Positions 56,324-64,000 of a stretch of 64,000 bases of DNA are shown here, one piece after another. Numbering within the stretch: position 1 is the stretch's first letter; each line of letters begins with the position of its first letter. The notes beneath the pieces were generated by a model that made no database searches, had not been told where the DNA came from, and was given only the letters and a program-made list of their open reading frames with translations. Source of the DNA: Patescibacteria group bacterium UBA661 (GTDB lineage: Bacteria; Patescibacteriota; Minisyncoccia; Phycocordibacterales; UBA918); assembly GCA_002299465.1 (NCBI GenBank), contig DBNX01000018.1:11987-75986 (forward strand). Direction: 5' to 3'. The position numbers were made by a program, and so were the translations under genes.

Positions 56324-59300
56324 TTATTTCTTATCTTCAGTCCAAGAGCTTTCGGTTCTCACACCTTTCGAGATACGTCCGATAACTGCGTTATCGCTCA
56401 ATGAATAAATTATTCCAAAGAATTGGGTTTTGAAACCGAGCATGGTCTTAACTCTTACAGAAATTGCAAGCTTGCCATGGTCAGGGGACATTTTGAAATA
56501 CTCTAGTTCTATTTTTCTATTCTTTAGAGTATTAGTTATATTTTCAGTAACAGACTGGATGTTTTCGATTTCTTCGTGACTGCGCAATGTTCCATCTAAC
56601 AGATCCCCTAAAATCTTGAATTTACTACCCACTGAATCACTGACAGTATATTTAAAATGGTAAGGCAAATTAGACAATCTGCACATGATGATATCGTCAG
56701 GATGATAAGGTGTAGCATCCCAAGTACAAGACTGGGCTTCAACAGGCAAACAATATTTGCCTGTTGAAGATTTTACCCCTTCGCTTTCGATGAACTTTGC
56801 TTCCGAAACGCTGCTTGATTCAAAAAATTTCTTCAACGCTTTCTTTCCCGAAAGAGAACTTTTCTCTAGTAGGTTTGGCATTACCTTTTTGCCAGATACT
56901 GAACATTCTTCGAGCAAACCCTTTGTCACTGAACTCTCTGATACTTCACACTTTTCTGATTCTTTAGGAAGTATAGGATTATCCGTGATTGCACAAAGGA
57001 TGAACTCAGATTTATGACCAGTCTTTCCTGAAACAACAGATTTAGATTCTTCATCAATACGGTACTTCTTACCTGAAACCTTACTCACAGCTAATTCCGT
57101 TTTAAGAACGGTTACGTCTGAAAATTCGCACGTATCAAACATTTCAGGCTCAGCCTTTTTTCCGCTTATTGGAGAACTAGCGATAAGCGAGTTTAACACT
57201 AGTTTACCGGTAACATCAGACTCGGTTAGCTGATCCTCTAGCACTTTTTTTCCAGATACTGAACACTCCTTTAGTAACCCTTTCTTTACTACTTTCCCAG
57301 TTATTTCACAAGTTTCTGATTCTTCAGGAGCAATTAAATCATTTGTTAGAGCACAATTAATGAATTCACTTTTATGTCCAAGCTTACCAGATACAGAAGA
57401 TTTTGACTGTTCGTCAATTCGATATTTTTTATTTGAGATTTCACTTATTGCCAATTCTTCTTTAAGAACCTCAGTATCAGAAAATGCGCAGGTATCGAAA
57501 GATTCTGGCTCTGCCTTTTTGTTACTTAAGGCTGAGGTCCTAATAAGTGATGTAAGTATAAATTTCCCTGAAGTGTCTGACTTAACAAGCTCATCTTGAA
57601 GCACCTTTTTACCAGTCAGTTCGCATGGGTGTATAAATCTTTTTAATGCATATCTGTCACTCACTTCAGACTTGATGAGTAAATCTTTATTCACTAGTAA
57701 CCCACTTAAATCACAAACTGAAAGGCAATCTACTGGCAAGCTTATCTTTGTTTCTTCACAGACACCCATCTCTGGTTGAGAGGTGATTTCCCCAGATGAT
57801 GGAATTAAGGTGAGTTTACTTTTATAGATTTTGTCTGAGTTGAGAGAATAAGAAACTTCAACAATTACTTGTCTTCTGACGTAGCCTTCGAGACCGACAA
57901 GGGTTAATTCAACTCGAGGAGTGAAATCATTCTCAATCTTCTTTTTCTTTATACTATTATCGCCCGTATTATTTAACTCATGGGCTAACCTTTCATTATA
58001 GAAACGACAAAACTCAGAAATCCCTTCATTTGACATCACCTCTTCAGATAGTAACTCTTTAGAAATTCCAATTGTCCGAACGTCTGTGATGAAGGAATCT
58101 TGTAGTGGCTCAATTGCTTCACTGTCAGCTGGACCGATATGCTCATAATGAGAACATATGACATCGACTAACCGTTCATAACTATCATGAGCAACTGTAA
58201 CTCGTGCCCTCACTAATGCAGAACCGCTGTATGTTTTTCTTATTTTCCCAATTTTTATATCATCAAATTTCCCCTTAAATTCTTTAAGCCATTTCTTAAC
58301 CTCTTTATTTGCCTGATCGACAAGATGATCATCCGCATCTTCTACTCTGTGAAGACCTACTTTTGTTAAAGTAACAATTAGTTTCTCAAACGCTGGACTA
58401 CCTGGGGCGTAAAGTACATTTTTGAAGAGTGACCCGTCTGGTATAGGTAGGCTTAAATTATTATCAAAACGAATCATTTCCAACCTACCATCCAATTCAG
58501 ATGAATAGAGATTTGGTGTTTTTTCGACTAGTTTAGCTCCGAGGCTTTTCAACCCATCGATAACCAAATCCTTCGCTTCCATCGACTGAATGGTCCGAGG
58601 TAATGAGGGGCAACGTGGACCTTCATCATCACCCATTTTCCCGAGCAGATTGTTTATATTGGACTCTTCTTTCTTTAGCTGCTCTTTTGCCTTTTCAATA
58701 CTTGCTACAGTTCTTTCGGCTGCTTTTTTAACATCTTTTCCCTGCAGTGATTCAAGAACCAGTTTAAGAATCTTATCCTCAAAAGCTTCGCCACTATCTT
58801 CTCCTTCACTGATACCCGAGGCCTCTAGCAAGGATTCAATATCGCCAATTGCACTTGATGCTAACTGAAGTTTCTCCATCAGTCGTCCTACTACATATTC
58901 CTCAAATGTCTTATCAAGAACAATGTTAAAAATAATCACTTTCTCATGCGGTGATCCAAGACGTTGAATACGCCCAATGCGTTGCTCAACCACCATTGGG
59001 TTCCAAGGCAAATCGTAATTAACCAAGACATTAGCAATTTGCATGTTGACCCCTTCCGAGCCAGCCTCTGTAGAGATAATGACATTTATTTTCGGCTTGT
59101 CTTCTCGAAACTGTTCAAGAGTATCGACATTAAGAGAACCAGTTGATCCATTTATTAGACCGCAAGATACACCTTTATTTTCGAGGAAGTTTTGAATTGA
59201 GGTTTGAGTCTCCAAACGAGTAGTGAAAATAACAACTCGCCAGTCATCAGGTTTTTCGGCTCGAAGTTTATCGATCAAACTTTCGAGACCCTGAAGCTTG

Positions 59301-60406
59301 GCTGTTATTTCAATTCTCTTAACCACCTCATTCACAGCCTCATAAAATGGTTTTTCTATCGTTCCTTTTTCTGACATTCTTCTGAGAAGTAAAACAAGTG
59401 CTTCTGGACTACTTACCAATGTCTTTAAAATTCCAATTTGAGTCAAACGATCCAGCTTCCCAATTGAGTCTGCTACGATTTTTATTATCTCTAATTCTTC
59501 TGGGGACGGATCGACTGAATGTAAATGCACCTCTCTTTGAGGAAAGTGCAGATCAGCATCTCCTCGTCTGACTCGGGACATGTACCGATAGATGATTCCA
59601 CGAAATTCTTCTTGTGCTTCTGGGCGAAGCCTTCTGGCATCAGCTTTGTTGTCAGCAATAAACTTTCTTGCGAACATTCCAGGATTACCAAAAGGGTTTT
59701 CATGTCCTCGTGCGACTGTAAGAAGTTCAACTAGCGAATAAAGATCCCAGAGTCTATTCTGAATAGGGGTGGCGGTAAGTAGTAGTACGTATTTAAACCA
59801 CCGCTGGGAGAGAGCTTGTTTAAACTTTAAAGCTACTTGTGGTGCAACTTCAGTCCCGTGCAGGTTTCTTAACTTATGTGCCTCATCAAGAATAAGCATA
59901 TCGAATCCAGCGTGTTCAAGTGCATCAAGATGCATTCGAGCCGAGTTGTATGTAGTTATTACTGCACCAATTTCGTCAGGTGGTTCAGCTGTCTTAAGAT
60001 CTTTTCCAGTAGCAATAACTGAGGTGATTCCAAATTTAGTTTTTAACTCCTCTTGCCACTGTGGACCAAGAATTTTAGGGCATACAATGAGGATTTTTGA
60101 TAAACGACCTCGTGATATCAGCTCACTAGCAACCAACCCAGCACTGATTGTTTTACCGAGTCCAACATCGTCGGCAAGCAGGGTTACAGGCAAACGCCTA
60201 CAAAAGTTAATGAGGTTTGAAACTTGATGATTAAATGGATCAACTTTGTCTTGCCAAAAAGCTGATGATTTCAGGTCGTCTCTTTTCTCAATTACGATAG
60301 GGTCAATAAGATCCCATTCCAAAGCTGCTTTGTATAAAAGATAGTCATTAGGATTACTGGCGTGTCTGACGGGTTTTATTTGTATAGTGATTTGTTTGTC
60401 AGACAT
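56324..60406 (-). CDS. SNF2-family helicase (1360 aa) with an ~800-aa C-terminal extension that contains tandem Cys-containing repeats
   Basis: DVGLGKT (motif I), LILDEAHKLRN (DEAH), helicase C motifs. Two ~360-bp tandem repeats at 56885-57610. Confidence 0.8.
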   Translation of the reverse strand: MSDKQITIQIKPVRHASNPNDYLLYKAALEWDLIDPIVIEKRDDLKSSAFWQDKVDPFNHQVSNLINFCRRLPVTLLADDVGLGKTISAGLVASELISRGRLSKILIVCPKILGPQWQEELKTKFGITSVIATGKDLKTAEPPDEIGAVITTYNSARMHLDALEHAGFDMLILDEAHKLRNLHGTEVAPQVALKFKQALSQRWFKYVLLLTATPIQNRLWDLYSLVELLTVARGHENPFGNPGMFARKFIADNKADARRLRPEAQEEFRGIIYRYMSRVRRGDADLHFPQREVHLHSVDPSPEELEIIKIVADSIGKLDRLTQIGILKTLVSSPEALVLLLRRMSEKGTIEKPFYEAVNEVVKRIEITAKLQGLESLIDKLRAEKPDDWRVVIFTTRLETQTSIQNFLENKGVSCGLINGSTGSLNVDTLEQFREDKPKINVIISTEAGSEGVNMQIANVLVNYDLPWNPMVVEQRIGRIQRLGSPHEKVIIFNIVLDKTFEEYVVGRLMEKLQLASSAIGDIESLLEASGISEGEDSGEAFEDKILKLVLESLQGKDVKKAAERTVASIEKAKEQLKKEESNINNLLGKMGDDEGPRCPSLPRTIQSMEAKDLVIDGLKSLGAKLVEKTPNLYSSELDGRLEMIRFDNNLSLPIPDGSLFKNVLYAPGSPAFEKLIVTLTKVGLHRVEDADDHLVDQANKEVKKWLKEFKGKFDDIKIGKIRKTYSGSALVRARVTVAHDSYERLVDVICSHYEHIGPADSEAIEPLQDSFITDVRTIGISKELLSEEVMSNEGISEFCRFYNERLAHELNNTGDNSIKKKKIENDFTPRVELTLVGLEGYVRRQVIVEVSYSLNSDKIYKSKLTLIPSSGEITSQPEMGVCEETKISLPVDCLSVCDLSGLLVNKDLLIKSEVSDRYALKRFIHPCELTGKKVLQDELVKSDTSGKFILTSLIRTSALSNKKAEPESFDTCAFSDTEVLKEELAISEISNKKYRIDEQSKSSVSGKLGHKSEFINCALTNDLIAPEESETCEITGKVVKKGLLKECSVSGKKVLEDQLTESDVTGKLVLNSLIASSPISGKKAEPEMFDTCEFSDVTVLKTELAVSKVSGKKYRIDEESKSVVSGKTGHKSEFILCAITDNPILPKESEKCEVSESSVTKGLLEECSVSGKKVMPNLLEKSSLSGKKALKKFFESSSVSEAKFIESEGVKSSTGKYCLPVEAQSCTWDATPYHPDDIIMCRLSNLPYHFKYTVSDSVGSKFKILGDLLDGTLRSHEEIENIQSVTENITNTLKNRKIELEYFKMSPDHGKLAISVRVKTMLGFKTQFFGIIYSLSDNAVIGRISKGVRTESSWTEDKK

Positions 60407-60410
60407 ATGA

Positions 60411-63400
60411 TCATACTGGCATCAATTTATCTATCTCCTTCATGAGTTTGATTGTTTCACTTAATGAGACGATCATTTTTTCGTAGTTCTCGAATTCAGC
60501 AGTAGTCAGTTTGTGATCCTTGCGATCCTTGAGGTACTTTTGAGCTGGCTGGTAACCACCCACGTAAAATTCCCAAACCTCTTTGGGGACGCCATCCCAA
60601 TACTGGGTATCGTTTATGTACACTTTGTTATTTTTGTATACAGGTTTTACCACAACATCAGAACCTGCTTCAGGGAAAGATGTGATGCATTTAATGACCT
60701 GTTTCTGGTCTAGGAGGTGTATCTCACGTAAAGATCGACCTAAACTAACAAGGTCCATATATTGCTTCTTTGAGGTTGGATAAGGTACACGAGGGAAATT
60801 AGCGTTCAAAAATTCCTTATATTTCAATCGATATGAAGGTGAATATAAATAGGCGTATACATAGTCAAGAATATCCTCAGGGGTAGTTTCTTGTGATGTT
60901 TTCTCAATTTGCGAGACAATCGACTGATCTAAGTTAGGGATTTTCTTTTCACCTTCGTAAATATACAAAGGACACACTACCTCTCCACCTCGGCGGAAGA
61001 AATTTAGATCTACTGGCGAATTAGAAATAAAAATAGTGTCATACTCTTTTGGATTTGCTGCACCACCTTGTCTACTAAACAGCAGTGCCAAATTGTCCGA
61101 GTGGAGCAAGTGCTGCATTACAGAAATACGCGGACGCCACACCAAACCAGTTGTTAAAGAAGTGTATCGTTTGTCAAAGGGCCTGTAATTTAGTGGTGTG
61201 AGAGTCTTCTTAAAATCACCAATTTTATTAGCCCGTTTATTTTCGATGACCCATCGAGCATAGTTTTTACCAAGTGAGTATTTCTCCGTAAGGTATGACT
61301 CAGATACATCATTCTCTAACAAATTATCGATTCTATTTACTAAATCATTCTCACTACTAGATACGATGAATCCATCACCAAGGGTAAATACCCCCGTTGT
61401 ATTTTTAGGAAATAAATCAGCCAGAGAAAAACCTTTCATGTATTCGCTTTTACCTTCACCCTCTATTCTCCATATATCTGCGTCGTCGGGTAATTTATTC
61501 CATTTAACTGACTCTATACTTGATTTAGATAGCTCAATAAATTTCTCAGACCTTTTTCCATATAAATCAGCAATGTAGACATCAGCAAGTTTTTTTGACT
61601 TGTCGATCGATGATTTCTTGACTCCAAAAATTATTGAGACTCCAGTCTTGATATCAAATACGTTCACGTCAGGACTACCATCTGGAGCCGTTTCTTTTTT
61701 GGTCGAATTTCCATGTAAGTCAAAGACATAAATGGAGTCAAAAGTACTTCGTAAATGCCATCTCATTCCACGGAATGACAGGTTGTCGATATATCCGTGA
61801 TTTGTGATCATTCCAACAATACCTTCTCCATTTTTTTCGACCATGCTTTCAGCAAAGCGAATAAATTTAACATAATCATCATCAAGAAAATTCTTATCTT
61901 CCTTGAGTTTTTTCAGACCTCCTGGTTCAACTTTATAAACTTGATTGTCAGTGTAATGTAAGTTTTGTGAAACTACAGAATATGGGGGATTACCCATCAC
62001 CACCATGATAGGCGTATCATTCTTCACTTCAGAAGCAAGTCGACTTTCTTGAGCAATACTGTCTACAACTCCAAAGAGAGAACTGGTTAAAGGTATGTCA
62101 TGAGCGTCATCAAGTGTGTTGCTGAGGTAGACACCCAGTCGCTTTCCGAACTTCTGTACACCACTCTTCTTGAGTGTCATGGCAAGTTTAAGATGGGCAA
62201 TGGTATAGCTTGCCATCATAAGCTCAAAGCCATGCAGACGAGGAAGCAGATCGTCCTCTACATAGGCATTCCAGCGACCCTGATTCGCTTTCTGGGACTC
62301 GTGAATATGATTGACAGTCTCGTTCAAAAAGGTACCTGTTCCTACAGCAACATCGAGCATCTGCACTCGGTGTATCTCACGAGTATCTTTAATAGTTTTA
62401 CCTCGTTCATCGATATGCGATTTTGTAACGGTGATTTTTTCATTATCAGCCAAACCTTTAGCAATACCGAATTCACGCTTAAGAAGTTCATCAATACCTC
62501 GAATAATAAATCTGACCACTGGTAGCGGTGTATAAAAAACACCCATCTCCATCTTCTTAGATGGGTCGTATTCACGGAGAAAGTCTTCATAGAAGTGAAT
62601 AACAGGATCTGGACTTTCATGGTCAGTGCCGAACAAATCAGTTGTCTTAAAGTAGTCCTCCATCAAAGCTTTTACATCAGCATGTGTAAAGACTTCGCAA
62701 AGCTCATTAACGATAAGCTCCAGTCGGCGTGGGAATGATGTACCAGAAATATGGTCAAAGAAGCTCTTTAGGAACGGGTTAGTAGCTGGCACCAAGTCAC
62801 GTGCTTCTTGTCTACTAAAGCTAACGAGGGACTCATCATTGTATCTCGCAGCAAAAAGACCGTAGACGAGTGTTTGAGCGTACATGTCAGCAAAATCCTC
62901 GTCAGTAAAATTTTCAATAAGGTGTTCTTTGATAAACTTACGCATTCGTATTAGTTCATCTTTGTCAGTACTTTCGGTCTGAAGGAAAGCAATTACGTTA
63001 TCTCTAATACGCTGAGCCTTACCGCCCATAATCTTCGCGAGATGTTTTCCGCTCTTGATTGGCTCTTTTTGACTTTCGATAAAGTCCTGCATTGTCCTAA
63101 CAAGACGTTCCGCATTTTCTGGCTTAAGAGAAACTGCTCGAGCTTTAACCTGAACATCACCAAGAGAAATCGTATCGTCATATCTCTGACCGTTTCTGAA
63201 AAAACGAAACTCAACATAGTCACTGATGATCAGGTTGGTGTAACCGAAGTATCTATCAGCTTGATTTGAGTTCTCAATCTTATTTAAATCTTCTCCGACT
63301 TTTTTAACTTCAATATACAAAAGAGGGACTTTGTTCTTGAGGACAATATAGTCTGGTTTGTTACCGTTTATAGCACGCTGATCCTGCTGAATAAAATAAC

Positions 63401-63548
63401 CCTCTGTTTCAGGAAAAATAGTTGCTAAGTAATTTTGAAATGATGTTCTATATGAATGTTCAGAACTGTTTTCATCTTCAAAGTACTTGGCTATCTCAGA
63501 AAGATAGTCGTTTACTGAGTACATATAGTTATTTATAGCATAAAACAA
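60411..63548 (-). CDS. MmeI-like (Type IIL/IIG) single-chain restriction-modification protein: PD-ExK nuclease plus gamma-class N6-adenine MTase plus target recognition domain (TRD)
   Basis: N-terminal KPDYIVLKNKVPLLYIEVKKVGEDL…ADRYF (cf. MmeI VDLFWPGILLIEMKSRGKDL). NPPY motif (VVMGNPPYS). Confidence 0.7.
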   Translation of the reverse strand: MFYAINNYMYSVNDYLSEIAKYFEDENSSEHSYRTSFQNYLATIFPETEGYFIQQDQRAINGNKPDYIVLKNKVPLLYIEVKKVGEDLNKIENSNQADRYFGYTNLIISDYVEFRFFRNGQRYDDTISLGDVQVKARAVSLKPENAERLVRTMQDFIESQKEPIKSGKHLAKIMGGKAQRIRDNVIAFLQTESTDKDELIRMRKFIKEHLIENFTDEDFADMYAQTLVYGLFAARYNDESLVSFSRQEARDLVPATNPFLKSFFDHISGTSFPRRLELIVNELCEVFTHADVKALMEDYFKTTDLFGTDHESPDPVIHFYEDFLREYDPSKKMEMGVFYTPLPVVRFIIRGIDELLKREFGIAKGLADNEKITVTKSHIDERGKTIKDTREIHRVQMLDVAVGTGTFLNETVNHIHESQKANQGRWNAYVEDDLLPRLHGFELMMASYTIAHLKLAMTLKKSGVQKFGKRLGVYLSNTLDDAHDIPLTSSLFGVVDSIAQESRLASEVKNDTPIMVVMGNPPYSVVSQNLHYTDNQVYKVEPGGLKKLKEDKNFLDDDYVKFIRFAESMVEKNGEGIVGMITNHGYIDNLSFRGMRWHLRSTFDSIYVFDLHGNSTKKETAPDGSPDVNVFDIKTGVSIIFGVKKSSIDKSKKLADVYIADLYGKRSEKFIELSKSSIESVKWNKLPDDADIWRIEGEGKSEYMKGFSLADLFPKNTTGVFTLGDGFIVSSSENDLVNRIDNLLENDVSESYLTEKYSLGKNYARWVIENKRANKIGDFKKTLTPLNYRPFDKRYTSLTTGLVWRPRISVMQHLLHSDNLALLFSRQGGAANPKEYDTIFISNSPVDLNFFRRGGEVVCPLYIYEGEKKIPNLDQSIVSQIEKTSQETTPEDILDYVYAYLYSPSYRLKYKEFLNANFPRVPYPTSKKQYMDLVSLGRSLREIHLLDQKQVIKCITSFPEAGSDVVVKPVYKNNKVYINDTQYWDGVPKEVWEFYVGGYQPAQKYLKDRKDHKLTTAEFENYEKMIVSLSETIKLMKEIDKLMPV

Positions 63549-63695
63549 CGAAATACGCTTATATTACGGGGTGAAATCGTCATTTGAGTACCTTAACTTA
63601 CATTAGGGGCTTTGCGAAGTATTTGCCTACTCAAAAGCCTAGACTTATGTGGGTCGTTGCGTCATTGATGTGTTTGTATGAATCAAACAATATCA

Positions 63696-64000
63696 ATGCC
63701 ACACGGGACCGTTATTCAGGAAATAGTCCCGACAAAGGTCAAATACTGCCTCTACGCCCGAAAGTCGACAGAATCTGAGGAACGCCAAGTCCTATCGATA
63801 GATAGCCAGATTAAAGAAATGCTCCAGATGGCTGATCGAGAGTGTCTAGAAATAGTTGAAATGAAGCGAGAGTCTCACTCGGCTAAGGAGACTGGTCAAA
63901 GGCCAGTGTTCAATGAAATAGTCGAGGAAATACGTGAAGGTAAATACAACGGTATCCTAACGTGGGCACCAGACCGCATCAGTAGAAATGCTGGAGACCT
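63696..64000 (+). CDS. serine recombinase (resolvase/invertase catalytic domain), 5' end only. The gene continues past the window.
   Basis: MPHGTVIQEIVPTKVKYCLYARKSTESEERQVLSIDSQ… is the Ser-recombinase catalytic motif. The frame is open to the window end. Confidence 0.75.
   Translation, partial: MPHGTVIQEIVPTKVKYCLYARKSTESEERQVLSIDSQIKEMLQMADRECLEIVEMKRESHSAKETGQRPVFNEIVEEIREGKYNGILTWAPDRISRNAGD

Noticed and set aside
54125-63548. Classifying the cluster as DISARM or BREX
   Set aside because: No DrmA (DUF1998 partner), DrmB or DrmC, and no PglZ, BrxC or BrxL. Only the SNF2-plus-adenine-MTase pairing is shared.
1-64000. CRISPR arrays
   Set aside because: No regularly spaced 24-40-nt direct repeats found anywhere in the window.

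Overview
The window reads as a small-genome bacterium with moderate GC, and most core genes have no Shine-Dalgarno sequence. The streamlined gene content is reminiscent of CPR/Patescibacteria, but that placement is inference only.

The first ~32 kb is housekeeping:
- Three tandem paralogous small membrane-protein genes at the contig edge.
- A long ribosomal-protein operon, rpsS through rplO then secY. rplB is absent upstream of rpsS, and there is an internal terminator plus promoter between rplE and rpsZ.
- Nucleotide-kinase genes (a cmk-like gene, two adk paralogues, map, ndk), a beta-CASP RNase, and the rpmI-rplT-infC operon.
- A SET-domain protein and the phosphoketolase/acetate kinase pair (xfp-ackA).
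- A decayed higB-like remnant next to an intact XRE-type antitoxin gene.
- A recognisable tmRNA (ssrA) beside smpB, ftsH, a MacA/MacB-type tripartite efflux operon, a tRNA-Ile with anticodon UAU, and recG.

From about 32.9 kb to the end the sequence looks accessory and mosaic:
- Several GC-rich cassettes with their own consensus promoters, strong SD sites and terminators.
- A ZIP metal transporter, a DsbB/BdbC-like gene, and a GC-rich foreign gene remnant.
- A TrmB-family regulator with perfect palindromes upstream, and an 805-aa unknown protein.
- A VanW gene interrupted by a single in-frame TAA.
- A tmk / GreA-like / class II RNR-like / CYTH module, then a ParB-nuclease-MTase fusion plus a second MTase.
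- A co-directional four-gene cluster that looks like a composite, unclassified defence system: an MmeI-like nuclease-methyltransferase fusion, a 1360-aa SNF2 helicase with a repeat-rich C-terminus, a DUF2779-like PD-ExK/DEDD nuclease, and a membrane-anchored Mrr-like nuclease with a zinc ribbon.
- The 5' end of a serine recombinase gene at the window edge.

Several structured non-coding elements are also flagged: a promoter-to-terminator ~190-nt sRNA candidate, a GC-rich structured transcript, long inverted repeats and nested hairpins.
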